Below the pieces are notes generated by a model. The model saw nothing but the letters and a program-made list of their open reading frames with translations, made no database searches and had not been told where the DNA came from. The position numbers were made by a program, and so were the translations under genes. Source: a virus (lineage: Duplodnaviria > Caudoviricetes). Taken from it: DNA of 64,000 bases. This document shows positions 52,500-61,956 of this stretch, one piece after another; positions within the stretch are counted from its first letter, which is position 1; every line of letters begins with the position of its first letter. The DNA lies in IMG/VR virus record IMGVR_UViG_2767802105_000001, positions 17,248 through 81,247 of that record. One strand, given 5' to 3'.

Positions 52500-52798
52500 C
52501 GGCCGGCCTTCTTCCGGCTTTTGGGGTGCAGGGCGACGGGCTGCCACCCGTTGTTGCGCCAGGCGGCGACGGTGTAGCGGTCGGTACGGACACGCCGGCC
52601 GATGGCGGTGAGGTCGTAGCCGCGGTCGTGGAGGAGCCGGGCCGTGTACAGCTGCTCGGCCGGGGTGAGGGTGACGGGCTGCCCGTTGAGGGCGTGCTCG
52701 ACGGCGATGAGGTCGATGTCGCCTGCCTCGTCGTAGGTGTGGGTGGTGGAGGCGTGGAGGTAGGGGCTGCGGTCGGCTCCGATGCGGGTGGCGATCAT
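52496..52798 (-). CDS. HTH DNA-binding protein
   Basis: IDLIAVE...LTPAEQ...TAIGRRVRTDRYTV. Confidence 0.65.
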   Translation of the reverse strand: MIATRIGADRSPYLHASTTHTYDEAGDIDLIAVEHALNGQPVTLTPAEQLYTARLLHDRGYDLTAIGRRVRTDRYTVAAWRNNGWQPVALHPKSRKKAGR

Positions 52799-53646
52799 GC
52801 GGCCACCTGCTCGGGTCGCTGGGCCAGGGCCCGGTACAGGTGGTCTTTGGTGATGCCGAGCCTGTGTGCGGCCTGAGCTGCCGTGTACCGCTGTTCGGTC
52901 ATGAGCCAGCGGGCGTCTTCGGCGATGGCGGTGTACCGGTCGACGGTCTCGCCGAGGTCGGGGGTGGCGGCGGGGCTGTCGATGTAGTCGTCGTCCCAGG
53001 CGCCGGGCGGCGGCCAGCCGTTCGCGGCGGCGAGCTGTTTGGCCTGTCCGACGTATCGAGGTGCGACACCGCGGCTGGCCGGGTCGACGTTCCACAGCCG
53101 GTCGTACAGGTCTCGGACCCGGCGGGCGGTGTCGGCGGCAACGACGTCTTGCCGGACGTGATCCCAGATGATCCGGTGGTGGCGGACGCCCATCTCCTCG
53201 CCGAGGCGGAGCTGCGGCCAGCCGTTGGCGATGAGGGCTTGGAGCCGGCGGCGGGTGCCGGTGCCGTCGATGCGGGCACTGGGTGCGACGTGGTCGAGGC
53301 TGGGCTTGACGGCGAGGATCTTGTCGGCGGTCGTGGTACGGACTCGCTTGGTGGGGCCGCGGCCCTCGTGCGGGGAGCCGTAGAGGATGCGGGAGACGCC
53401 GCCGTTGGAGACGCCGGACAGTCGGCAGACGCGCTGCCAGCCGATGCTGTAGGTGGAGAGCATGCGGATGTGCTGGCGGACGGGTTCGGCGTCGACGAAG
53501 GGCTGCCAGCGGCCGTATGCGACGAGCCGGTTGCGGTTGCGGTCGTAGTCGGCGGACCGCTTCAGGCAGTCGGGGCGGCGGCAGCGGTACTCCTTGACGC
53601 AGGTGAGGGTGCGGTGGTGGGGGGCCTGGCGGGCGGCGGTGGTCAC
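52795..53646 (-). CDS. Multi-HTH DNA-binding phage protein
   Basis: CRRPDC, VDAEPVRQH, GTRRRLQAL, PPGAWDD, C-terminal HTH. Confidence 0.75.
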   Translation of the reverse strand: MTTAARQAPHHRTLTCVKEYRCRRPDCLKRSADYDRNRNRLVAYGRWQPFVDAEPVRQHIRMLSTYSIGWQRVCRLSGVSNGGVSRILYGSPHEGRGPTKRVRTTTADKILAVKPSLDHVAPSARIDGTGTRRRLQALIANGWPQLRLGEEMGVRHHRIIWDHVRQDVVAADTARRVRDLYDRLWNVDPASRGVAPRYVGQAKQLAAANGWPPPGAWDDDYIDSPAATPDLGETVDRYTAIAEDARWLMTEQRYTAAQAAHRLGITKDHLYRALAQRPEQVAA

Positions 53647-53864
53647 GGCTTCTCCTCTCGGATGGGCGTCTGGTTGGCGTGGTCTTCGATGCGCTGCAGG
53701 TCGAGGTGGAGGCGGACGCGGTGGGCGGCGTGGCGGAGGGCGCGGATGGTCCGGCAGGCGGCCCATAGGCTGGCGGCCACGGCGAGGCCGGGCCCGTAGA
53801 CACCGGCCTGGGTGTCGACCCACAGGTAGGTGTTGATGGCGGTGTCGAGCTGGTCGGCGGTCAC
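53643..53864 (-). CDS. Hypothetical protein
   Basis: GTGA-coupled; 73 aa. Confidence 0.55.
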   Translation of the reverse strand: MTADQLDTAINTYLWVDTQAGVYGPGLAVAASLWAACRTIRALRHAAHRVRLHLDLQRIEDHANQTPIREEKP

Positions 53865-54241
53865 GCGGCGGCCCTCCTGGCGGCGGCCAGGCGGGCCGCG
53901 CGACGCTGGGCGGCTATGCGCCGGCCCTTGTGGGTGAGGGTCCAGACGCCGATGCGGTGCCCGTGGGTGCGGGTCTGGGTGGAGGGCACGGTGCGGCCGG
54001 TGTGCTGGATGATCCCGCCGGTGCGCAGCGAGTTGATGGCGGCGCCGAGGAAGCCGTGCCCGAGCTCGGGCAGCACGTCCCGGAGGTCGTTGCAGGAGAA
54101 GTCGTCGTGGCGCTGGCCGAAGTGGAAGACGGCCTGCTCGACGAGGAACTGGTCCCAGGAGGACTGGTCGGCGATCTCCTCGAGAAGGAAGTCCTTCTCG
54201 ACGGAAGCGAGTCGTTCAGCGGGGGTGAGCTTGCGGGCCAT
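53861..54241 (-). CDS. Winged-helix-like hypothetical protein
   Basis: GGGAG RBS; MARKLTPAE. Confidence 0.6.
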   Translation of the reverse strand: MARKLTPAERLASVEKDFLLEEIADQSSWDQFLVEQAVFHFGQRHDDFSCNDLRDVLPELGHGFLGAAINSLRTGGIIQHTGRTVPSTQTRTHGHRIGVWTLTHKGRRIAAQRRAARLAAARRAAA

Positions 54242-54350
54242 AGTCGGCTCCCTCGGTGTGTGGTGTGCTGGTGGCCGGGTCGGCCGCATTACGGGTGCGG
54301 CCGACCCGACACTTGGGTTATGGGGCGTGAGGGCCCGGATGTTTGGTTGG

Positions 54351-55175
54351 CTAGTCGACGAGTTCGCCTTCGACGGGCTCGCTGTCGTCTGCGGGGTCGG
54401 CTTCGTCGAGGGCGGTGGGCTGCGGCATCGCCGGGGTGCCGGCGGTGGGGGGTGCGGTCAGTTCGCCGGCGACTTCGGCCTGGGCGCGGAGCTGCTCGCG
54501 CATGTACTCGGCGGAGGTCGGCACCCACTTCGCGAGCTGCCGGACCGCGGACTTGAGCCACATGGCTTCTTCGTCGGTGTTCCAGGGGCTGTACTCGGAG
54601 TCCTTGGAGTCGGACTTGGCGCGGATCTCCATGACGCGCCGGTGGTTGAGGACGACGACCTTGGAGACGGCGCCGTCCTTCATGACGGCGTAGGCGTACA
54701 CGCCGACGAGGGGGCCGCGGTCGTTGCCGAACCAGTCGATCTCGTGGACGGGCCGGTCGTCGCGGCCGGGCACGTAGCGGAAGGTGTCGCGCTGGCGGAC
54801 AGCCTCGACGATGACGGTGGAAACGGCGCCGGCCCGGTAGATGAGTTCGACGATGCCCTGGTAGCCGACGATCCCCTTGATGATCAGCTTGTAGCCGTGG
54901 GCCTTGCTCTTGCGGGGAGTGAGGTAGAACTGCTCAGTGCCCGGCTCCAGGCCGAGGCGGGCGGCGGTCTTCAGCTCCCGCAGGAAGACGCCTACGTCGT
55001 TGCGTGCGGCCTGCTCGAGGTCCTTGTTGCCGCGGATGGCGCCGACGGCGAGGCGGATCCACTGGTCGGCGTTGACGTGGGAGGGCACGAGGGCCGCGTA
55101 TTCGTCGCGGTAGACCTCGATTTGGGCGGCGGGTCCGTTGTCGCGGGTGGCGATGGCGTTGCTGATCTGGTTCAT
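54351..55175 (-). CDS. recT: RecT-family single-strand annealing protein
   Basis: LGLEP...GYQG...RAG...MWLKSAVRQLAKWVP. Confidence 0.9.
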   Translation of the reverse strand: MNQISNAIATRDNGPAAQIEVYRDEYAALVPSHVNADQWIRLAVGAIRGNKDLEQAARNDVGVFLRELKTAARLGLEPGTEQFYLTPRKSKAHGYKLIIKGIVGYQGIVELIYRAGAVSTVIVEAVRQRDTFRYVPGRDDRPVHEIDWFGNDRGPLVGVYAYAVMKDGAVSKVVVLNHRRVMEIRAKSDSKDSEYSPWNTDEEAMWLKSAVRQLAKWVPTSAEYMREQLRAQAEVAGELTAPPTAGTPAMPQPTALDEADPADDSEPVEGELVD

Positions 55176-56128
55176 CAGGCGGCTTCCTTCTGCTTGTAGG
55201 GGTTGAGGGACTTGGTGGTGCCGTCGGGCTTGGGGATGCGGTAGGCGACGCGGCGGCCGTCGCAGACGGCGCGGCGGCCGGTGCCGATCAGGTCGAGGAC
55301 GACGGACTTGGCGGCGGTGAGCTCCGCGGCGGCGGCCTTGGCTTCGGCCTGCGCGTTCTCGTAGCGGGCGGCGGCTTCGGCGGCGATCTCGATGTCGACG
55401 TCGTCGAAGCCGTCGGGCTGGACGCGGATGGTCTTGTACGTGTCGTCGGCGCTGTCGATCGGCGGGCGAACGCCGTCGCGGACCTCGTCGAGGAACTGTT
55501 CGGCGGCGTCGCGGAGGGTCTTCGCTTCGGCCTCGTCGTACTCGATGACGTACTCGCGGTAGTCGTGGCCGGAGATCAGTACGCCGAAGTCGGTGCGGCG
55601 GACGCCGAGAACGTCCATCTGCCACATGACCTGGCAGCGGTACCAGATCGGCACCCCGTCTTCGGCGCCGTCCGGGCCCCACTCGTCACCCATCGGCGAC
55701 GTTTTGATCTCCAGCAGTCCGGTGGGCTGGCCAGGAAGGTCGAACTCGCCGGCGGGCTGCGGGTAGATGAGCCGGTCCGGGGTGGCGCGCTGCCACTCCC
55801 GCTCCCGGTGCTTCCACGTGCCGGCGGGGGCGGCGATGAGTCCCGGGTGTTCGTCCTGCCACTTCGCGGCGACCGGGTCCTCGAGGCGGTTGCCCCATTC
55901 GATGGCGGGGGTCATCTCGAAGGGGGCGGCGCGCAGTCCGGCCTTCTTGTGCCAGAGGGTGAAGCGGCTCATCCACGGGGAGAGGCCGACGACGGCGGCG
56001 ATCTCGGTGGCGGTGATGGTGAGCCCGGCGCGGGCGGCGTCCCAGTCCGGTGTGCCGGGGGTGAGGTGGCCCAGCAGTACCCCCTCCGGGGCGGTAGGCG
56101 GGTGATCTGTGGTGCTTTCGGTGCTCAT
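55175..56128 (-). CDS. YqaJ-like (RecE/lambda-exo) exonuclease
   Basis: ITATEIAA, WGNRLE, ATPDR, LEIKT, CQVMWQM. Confidence 0.9.
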   Translation of the reverse strand: MSTESTTDHPPTAPEGVLLGHLTPGTPDWDAARAGLTITATEIAAVVGLSPWMSRFTLWHKKAGLRAAPFEMTPAIEWGNRLEDPVAAKWQDEHPGLIAAPAGTWKHREREWQRATPDRLIYPQPAGEFDLPGQPTGLLEIKTSPMGDEWGPDGAEDGVPIWYRCQVMWQMDVLGVRRTDFGVLISGHDYREYVIEYDEAEAKTLRDAAEQFLDEVRDGVRPPIDSADDTYKTIRVQPDGFDDVDIEIAAEAAARYENAQAEAKAAAAELTAAKSVVLDLIGTGRRAVCDGRRVAYRIPKPDGTTKSLNPYKQKEAA

Positions 56129-56252
56129 GTGACCCTCTCTTGGGTGTGCGAGGTGGTGGCCGGGCGCCCCGGGAGGGGGAGGTCCGGGGCGCCCGGCCTG
56201 GGATGCCGCGGAGCGTGGGGGTCGCTACAGCGGCGGGTATGGGGTTGTGGGG

Positions 56253-57380
56253 CTACTTGAGGCGGACGGGCATGCACACGGCCCGGTAGTGGCTGGTGGC
56301 GGCGCTGTCGTTGTCGACGGGCTGGATGAGCACCGGCTTGTTGGGGGTGGTGAACCAGATCTGCACGGCGCCGGTGATGGGGGCGAGGAGTGAGCCGAGG
56401 AAGCCGGGCCGGTAGCCGGCCGTGAACCCGTCCAGGTCGACGGACTCCACGTCGATGCGGGATGCGCCCTTGGAGCCCTCCGCCCCGCCCGCCACGGTGA
56501 CCTGGTCGCGCCCGAAGGTGAGGGTGATCGCCTGCTCGGGCTTGTCGTTGACGAGGGCCGCCCGCTGCACCGCCTCCAGCAGTTCGGCAGCGTCGCCGCG
56601 CATCCAGCCGACGGCCTTGCCCGGGTCGGGGAAGAAGCCTTCGACGTTCGGGAAGGGGGCGCCGACGGTGCGGCTGGCGACGGTCAGCGTGCCGCTGGCC
56701 AGGCAGGCGACGGTGACGTCGTTGGTGAAGGAGACCCGGACCGGGCCGCCGGCCAACTGCTTGACGGTGGCGGCCAGGTGGGCGGCGGGGACGAGCAGGG
56801 ATCCGTCGGTCTCCTCGTCCGGGGTCCACGGGATGCGGTGCCGGACGATCCGGTACCTGTCCGACGCGGACACGGTGAGGTGATCGCCGTCGGCTGCGAC
56901 ATGCACCCCGCGGAAGCCTTCCAGGTTGCCGACGGCCTCCTTGTCGGGCATCGAGGCCTGCGCGGCGTGCACCACGGCGGCGGCCAGCACGTCCCCGTCC
57001 ACGGTGCCCGCGGCGGCCGGGGCTTCGGGCAGGGCCGGGTAGTCGCGGCGGTCCATGGTGGGCAGGGTGAAGGTGGTGCCGGGCGCCGACACGGTCAGCT
57101 CCCGCTCGTCCACCACCACGTCCACTGGCCCTGCAGGCATGGCGGCGGTGACGTCGGCGAGCAGCCGTCCCGAGACGAGCGCATGCCCGGTCTCGAGGAC
57201 GTCGGCGGCCAACGTGGCGCGGGTGGCGGTCTCGTAGTCGAACCCGGACAGGGTCACCGAGTCGCCGTCGGTCTCGAGCAGCAGGCCGCCCAAGACGGGC
57301 TGCAGCGGATTGTTGGGGAGCCTGCGGTGCGCGGCCCGTGCCGCTGCCGCCAACTGCTTCTGGTCGATGCGGATCTTCAT
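56253..57380 (-). CDS. dnaN: Phage DNA polymerase III beta sliding clamp
   Basis: 375 aa; PVLGGLLL, GFDYE, VSGRLL, DYPALP, ASDRYR, MPVRL. Confidence 0.9.
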   Translation of the reverse strand: MKIRIDQKQLAAAARAAHRRLPNNPLQPVLGGLLLETDGDSVTLSGFDYETATRATLAADVLETGHALVSGRLLADVTAAMPAGPVDVVVDERELTVSAPGTTFTLPTMDRRDYPALPEAPAAAGTVDGDVLAAAVVHAAQASMPDKEAVGNLEGFRGVHVAADGDHLTVSASDRYRIVRHRIPWTPDEETDGSLLVPAAHLAATVKQLAGGPVRVSFTNDVTVACLASGTLTVASRTVGAPFPNVEGFFPDPGKAVGWMRGDAAELLEAVQRAALVNDKPEQAITLTFGRDQVTVAGGAEGSKGASRIDVESVDLDGFTAGYRPGFLGSLLAPITGAVQIWFTTPNKPVLIQPVDNDSAATSHYRAVCMPVRLK

Positions 57381-57508
57381 CAGGCGGCCTGCGCCGTCTC
57401 GACGGCCGACTCGGTCTCGACGGTGTCGTCGTCGGTGTCGCGGGGCTCCGGCTGCGCGTAGCCCTCGGTCTGCAGGGCGGACAGCGGGAACAGGGTGTCC
57501 TGGACCAT
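57380..57508 (-). CDS. 42-aa acidic peptide with QDTLF clamp-binding-like motif (not in ORF track)
   Basis: AGAAGGA RBS; TGATG overlap with dnaN start. Confidence 0.65.
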   Translation of the reverse strand: MVQDTLFPLSALQTEGYAQPEPRDTDDDTVETESAVETAQAA

Positions 57509-57625
57509 GGGAGTTCTTCCTTCTGTGGGATGCTGGTCGCGGATCCCCGGGCGATTGGTGCGCTCGGGGGTTCTTGCTGTGGTGCGCCGCCCGCGCCGGC
57601 CGGTGTCTTCCGGCGGGGCGGCGGG

Positions 57626-58081
57626 TCAGGCGGCCGGGTAGGTCGGCCAGGGCTGGGGCAGGTCGATGAGTGCGATCTCCTGCGTCTCGTCGTTGCTGGT
57701 GTCGCGGTGCGGCACCGGGGAGACGTAGGGCAGGACGACGACCGGCGAGTAGGGGCGGACGAGGTCGGTGGGGACTTCGCGGATGCGGGGCCGGGCGTTG
57801 ACGACGGCGCGGCGGAGGCGTTCCTGTTCGGCCTTGGCGCGGATCGTGGTCCGGCGGAGTTCCTCGTTGGCCGCCTTGACCGCCTTGTTCTCGGCGCGGA
57901 GTTCGGCGATGACCATGGCGTCCTGGCATCCGCGGATCAGCGCCGTGTGCAGCTGCTGCTCGCGTTCCTCGACGGCCCCGGTGAGGATGGTGTTGTCGTT
58001 CTCGACGCGGCGGGTGTGGGCGCGGAGGGCCTGGTACGGCTGGCTGTGCCTGCCGCCGGCTATGACGGTGAGGGTGCTCAC
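57626..58081 (-). CDS. Coiled-coil hypothetical protein
   Basis: GAGGAG RBS; 151 aa. Confidence 0.65.
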   Translation of the reverse strand: MSTLTVIAGGRHSQPYQALRAHTRRVENDNTILTGAVEEREQQLHTALIRGCQDAMVIAELRAENKAVKAANEELRRTTIRAKAEQERLRRAVVNARPRIREVPTDLVRPYSPVVVLPYVSPVPHRDTSNDETQEIALIDLPQPWPTYPAA

Positions 58082-58179
58082 TGGTCTCCTCGGTGCTCGA
58101 AGTAGTTGGCGATGTGCTCGCCGAACAGGAGAAGGAAGACGGTTCCGGCGCAGAGCAGGCCGTTGACGATCCAGATCAC
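58078..58179 (-). CDS. Small membrane peptide (33 aa)
   Basis: GTGA-coupled at both ends; hydrophobic. Confidence 0.45.
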   Translation of the reverse strand: MIWIVNGLLCAGTVFLLLFGEHIANYFEHRGDQ

Positions 58180-58475
58180 GGCCCCTCCAGTGCGGTCTTC
58201 TCGGCCTTGGTGGCGGCCAGTTGGCGTTCGAGACTGGCGATGCGCCGGTTGAGGCGAACGATGGCGGCCCGCGTCTCCCGGTCGTTGGCCGGCTCCTTGC
58301 TGGCTGCGGCGGTGAGGCGCGCGTCGAACGCGGCGTAGTCCTCGTAGAGGCCGTCGTCGACGGACTTCCGGTAGTCGGGGTCGACCTTGCGGGGCAGTCC
58401 GAGGGCTTTGGTGAGGCCGGGGATGATGACGGGGTCGGCGTCGCCGGGCATCGGCGGCAGATGCAGGGTCGTCAT
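58176..58475 (-). CDS. Hypothetical protein
   Basis: Coupled; 99 aa. Confidence 0.6.
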   Translation of the reverse strand: MTTLHLPPMPGDADPVIIPGLTKALGLPRKVDPDYRKSVDDGLYEDYAAFDARLTAAASKEPANDRETRAAIVRLNRRIASLERQLAATKAEKTALEGP

Positions 58476-58663
58476 GCGGCCGCCTCCTGTTCGCGTCGGC
58501 GCAGCCAGTTGAAGCAGATGTGGACGTGCTCGATCCGCTCGACGTACTCCCGGGTGGTCCAGGGCTTCAGGCCGCGGCCTCGGCGGGCCATCTCGTCGTC
58601 GACGCGGGCGATGGCGTCCTGTTCCAGGTCGGCCAGCGGCCGGGGCTCGATCACGGTCGCCAT
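58472..58663 (-). CDS. Hypothetical protein
   Basis: 63 aa, operonic. Confidence 0.6.
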   Translation of the reverse strand: MATVIEPRPLADLEQDAIARVDDEMARRGRGLKPWTTREYVERIEHVHICFNWLRRREQEAAA

Positions 58664-58664
58664 G

Positions 58665-58973
58665 TCAGGCCACCGCCGCGAGCAGCAGGTTGGGGCTGTA
58701 TCCGACGAGTCGGACCCGCGCGTCGGCGACCTCCGCGGAGGCGGACAGCACCATCGTGGTGTCGCCGCTCTGCAGGTTCCGGCGGACGGCGGCCGGGTCG
58801 ATACCGAGGGCCTCGCGCCACGCCTCGAACGCTGCGAGGTCCCCGTGGATGGAGAACTCCAGGACCCCCGGGTAGTGCGGGGAGACGCTCACGTTCGGGG
58901 CCGGCAGGTTGGGGTGGTCGGTGGCCAGCAGTCGTAGGAGGGCCAGCGGGCGGGACAGGTCAGCGAGGATCAC
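58665..58973 (-). CDS. Hypothetical protein
   Basis: GGAGG RBS, GTG start; FEAWREALG. Confidence 0.6.
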   Translation of the reverse strand: MILADLSRPLALLRLLATDHPNLPAPNVSVSPHYPGVLEFSIHGDLAAFEAWREALGIDPAAVRRNLQSGDTTMVLSASAEVADARVRLVGYSPNLLLAAVA

Positions 58974-59188
58974 GACGCCTCCACGGGGTGGTTGTCGGGC
59001 AGCGGCTCGATGCCGCGAATGTCGAGGGGGCCGCGGCAGCCGTCGACGTGGACGACGGCGAGGCCGTGCTGGAAGTCGACGGCGCGGGTGCGGGTGCGGG
59101 TGATCCGCGGCGGGTCCTGGCGGGTGTTCGGGAACACCCGGACCGGAGTACCGACTCCGTACAGGGCGTTGAACGTCTCGGCGTCCAT
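58970..59188 (-). CDS. Hypothetical protein (paralog of neighbour's N-domain)
   Basis: MDAETFNALYGVGTPVRVFP...TRTRT. Confidence 0.65.
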   Translation of the reverse strand: MDAETFNALYGVGTPVRVFPNTRQDPPRITRTRTRAVDFQHGLAVVHVDGCRGPLDIRGIEPLPDNHPVEAS

Positions 59189-59913
59189 CAGGCACCGTCC
59201 TTGGGCGGCTCGACACCGTCGTACTCGTGGCGCCACTGGTTGATGCCGACGACGGTGGGCCGGTGCCACTCGTCGTGCTCCGAGCGCCAGCCCATGGCGA
59301 GTTGCTCACCGGTGACGGGGTGGTTGATGACGGCGACGCACAGGAAGTCGTGGCCGTCGAGGTGGGTGTAGCCGTGGCCCGGTTGAAAGAAGTCGGTGCG
59401 GAGGTTGTTCGGGCGGACCGCGCCACGCTGGACCTTCGATGCAAGCCGGGCGATCACGTCGCCGTGCTCGTCCTCACGGGACCGCTTCAGCAGCCACGCC
59501 ACGAACTGCGTGTCCCGCTCGGTACGCACCTCGGCGGTCAGCTCGTCGAGGAGCTGGTTCGTCCGGGCCTTCGCCTCCTCGTCAGTCCCCGACGGGACGG
59601 ACCACCACAGCAGGCCGGCGACCTTCTCGCGAGCCGTCTTCGGCGAGCTCGTCGGCTCGGGCGTCTGGGCGGCGGTCTCGGTCTTCCGCGCCTCCTCCCA
59701 CACGTCCTCCGCGACGGGGTTGACGTGGGTGAGGGAGATGTAGGCGCCCTCCCCCTCCACCCAGACCACCGGGTCACCGGACGCGGACAGTTGGGCTTCG
59801 GTGCGGGTGCGGGTCACGAGGCGGATGCCCGCACCGTCCTCCGGACGGACGCCCGGGTAGGCGAACACCAAAGTGCCGACCGGGTAGCGGGCGTTCCACT
59901 GCTCGGCGTTCAT
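59188..59913 (-). CDS. Mosaic hypothetical protein
   Basis: MNAEQWNARYPVGTLVFAYP...TRTRT; C-terminal DFFQPG module. Confidence 0.7.
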   Translation of the reverse strand: MNAEQWNARYPVGTLVFAYPGVRPEDGAGIRLVTRTRTEAQLSASGDPVVWVEGEGAYISLTHVNPVAEDVWEEARKTETAAQTPEPTSSPKTAREKVAGLLWWSVPSGTDEEAKARTNQLLDELTAEVRTERDTQFVAWLLKRSREDEHGDVIARLASKVQRGAVRPNNLRTDFFQPGHGYTHLDGHDFLCVAVINHPVTGEQLAMGWRSEHDEWHRPTVVGINQWRHEYDGVEPPKDGA

Positions 59914-60530
59914 CGGGCACCGCCCTTCGCCTCGGCCTCGATGAAGGGCAGGACGGTGGTGCGGAACCAGGCGCTGGCCTCGAAGCCGCCGGACGCCAGA
60001 TCGATCAGCCGGGAGTAGCCGGTGTGGACCTCTCCCGTGAACTCGTTCTCCCACTCCCACCGGACGCCCATCGGGTCCAGCCACTGGCCGAGCTTCGCGA
60101 CGTACTCGGCGTGCAGGTCGCCGCAGCCGTAGCCGCGGTCGTCGCGGTACCCGTAGGCGGTGTCGAACGAGACAGTCAGCCAGCAGGCGCGACGGTGGTA
60201 CTTGCCGTCGCACGGGCCCCACTCGGCAACGAAGCCAGCGTTCCCGGGAAGGTTGCAGTCCTCGTCGTGCTCGGCGGCCTGTTCGGGGGTGCGCAGCGGG
60301 GTCTCGGGCCGGTAGTGCAGCATGAGCCAGGCGGGAAGGCCCTGCCCCGGGCTGTTGCTGATCGTCCACGGGTTCGTGGGCTCGACGAAGGACTCGCCCT
60401 TGCGCCAGGTCTTGTCCTGCTCGTCGGAAAAGGTGTGCTGGTCGGTGGCGTCGAGCAGGCCGCGGCAGAACCGGAACGTCTCCTGCGGGTCGACCTCGTC
60501 GAGGATGAAGATGCGGGTGTCGAGAGTCAT
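59910..60530 (-). CDS. Hypothetical protein
   Basis: 206 aa aromatic-rich globular ORF. Confidence 0.7.
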   Translation of the reverse strand: MTLDTRIFILDEVDPQETFRFCRGLLDATDQHTFSDEQDKTWRKGESFVEPTNPWTISNSPGQGLPAWLMLHYRPETPLRTPEQAAEHDEDCNLPGNAGFVAEWGPCDGKYHRRACWLTVSFDTAYGYRDDRGYGCGDLHAEYVAKLGQWLDPMGVRWEWENEFTGEVHTGYSRLIDLASGGFEASAWFRTTVLPFIEAEAKGGAR

Positions 60531-60656
60531 CGGACACCGCCGAAGGTCTGAGAAGATCGAGGCACGTGAAGCCCCTTTCGTTGCGTCCTCTGGATGGGGT
60601 GGAGCGTGAGGTCGTCGCGGGCTTAGCGGGTCGCGGCGGCCTCTTTGCGTTGCCGG

Positions 60657-60950
60657 TCAGGCGGCGGCGCGGGCGGGCCTCGGCTTGGTGGAGGCGCGGC
60701 GGAGGCGCGAGATCTTGGCGCGGTCGGCCGGCACCTCGCACAGGGAGCGGATCTCCCGGATGTGGTCCTCGTTGAGCCACTTGGCGCGGCCCATGCGGGT
60801 GTGGGGGAAGCCGTGCTTGTTGATGCCGTCGAGCAGCCACCGCTCACCGACGCCGAGGGCGCGGGCGGCTTCCTTCGGCTTGACGTAGCCGTCGCGGCGC
60901 ATCATCGACTCGACGTCGAGCGTGGTGATTTGGGGGGTGGACATGTTCAC
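60657..60950 (-). CDS. Excisionase-like HTH protein
   Basis: YVKPKEAARALGVGERWL...PHTRMGR. Confidence 0.75.
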   Translation of the reverse strand: MNMSTPQITTLDVESMMRRDGYVKPKEAARALGVGERWLLDGINKHGFPHTRMGRAKWLNEDHIREIRSLCEVPADRAKISRLRRASTKPRPARAAA

Positions 60951-61189
60951 CTTCCTTCGGGGGGTATGTGGGGTGGACAGAGTTGGGCGTCTGTCGCGTT
61001 GAGGGCTGTGCGGAGCCGGGTGTAGCGCTTGGGCCCCATCCGCTTCCGGATGCCTGTTTCCAGCCGCTGGAGGTAGCTGCGGGAGATGCCGGCCTTGTCG
61101 GCGGCTTCCTGGACTGTGAGGCCTTGGTCCATCCGCCGCTTACGCAGGGACGGCCCGTGCACCTGGTAGGTGGCTGGGGGTCTTTCCAT
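60947..61189 (-). CDS. Cro-like XRE regulator
   Basis: GLTVQEAADKAGISRSYLQRLETG. Confidence 0.88.
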   Translation of the reverse strand: MERPPATYQVHGPSLRKRRMDQGLTVQEAADKAGISRSYLQRLETGIRKRMGPKRYTRLRTALNATDAQLCPPHIPPEGR

Positions 61190-61198
61190 GAAGAGAAT

Positions 61199-61344
61199 CT
61201 ACGTGTTTCTACGAGCTTCCGCTACCGCTACCTCGTAGTAACATGCGTGAACTCGTAGATACGCGCAGCTACGTGATCGTTTCGATGGGTAGCCGGGTTG
61301 CGATTCAGGACAGAAACGCAGGTGTTCCTAGCTGTTCCTACGTG
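61199..61344. promoter_or_regulatory. Immunity operators (CTACGWG / CTCGTAG)
   Basis: Copies at 61199, 61209, 61269, 61338 and inverted at 61232, 61252 between divergent XRE genes. Confidence 0.7.
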
Positions 61345-61364
61345 GTCCTGCGATGATGTGGCCC

Positions 61365-61808
61365 ATGGCACCCCGACATGACGAAGATGCACTTCAGAGG
61401 CTCGCAAGCCTGATCATTAAGCGCCGGTCCGAACTCGACCTGAACAAGGCCGACGTCGCCCGCCGAGCTGGACTGCAGGTCAACACCTACAGCAAGGCCG
61501 AAGCCGGCCTGCCAGTACGGGAGACGACCTACGCGAAGATCGAGCCCATCCTGGAGTGGGCGGCAGGCAGCTGCCTCGACATCCTGAGCGGCGCCGCCGC
61601 AGCGACCCTCGTCGAACCCGCCACACCCGCGGCCGTGTTCTCGCCCGTCCGGGCGGAGGATCTTGCCGAGGATGTCGGGGACGTCGTGCAGGATGCTGCG
61701 GTTGCGATCAGTAACACGATGACGGCCGCCGAGATCCGGGAGCTGAAGCGGCAGGTAGTGGAGAAGGTGCTGGACCGCTGGGAAAAGCGCGGAATTGACC
61801 GCGATTGA
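61365..61808 (+). CDS. CI-like XRE repressor
   Basis: LNKADVARRAGLQVNTYSKAEAG HTH; divergent from cro-like gene. Confidence 0.85.
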   Translation: MAPRHDEDALQRLASLIIKRRSELDLNKADVARRAGLQVNTYSKAEAGLPVRETTYAKIEPILEWAAGSCLDILSGAAAATLVEPATPAAVFSPVRAEDLAEDVGDVVQDAAVAISNTMTAAEIRELKRQVVEKVLDRWEKRGIDRD

Positions 61809-61956
61809 TCACCCTGCCCGTACAACCTTTTCTGTTTACCGTTTCGTTACCTAGTTAACCGTCGTCACTTAGGGCGAACCCGGTCACAACCGTTCGTCAG
61901 CATGGCAGCATCACCTAGTACTTGGGAGGTTCCCTCTCACCCGAAAGGGGGAGCCA

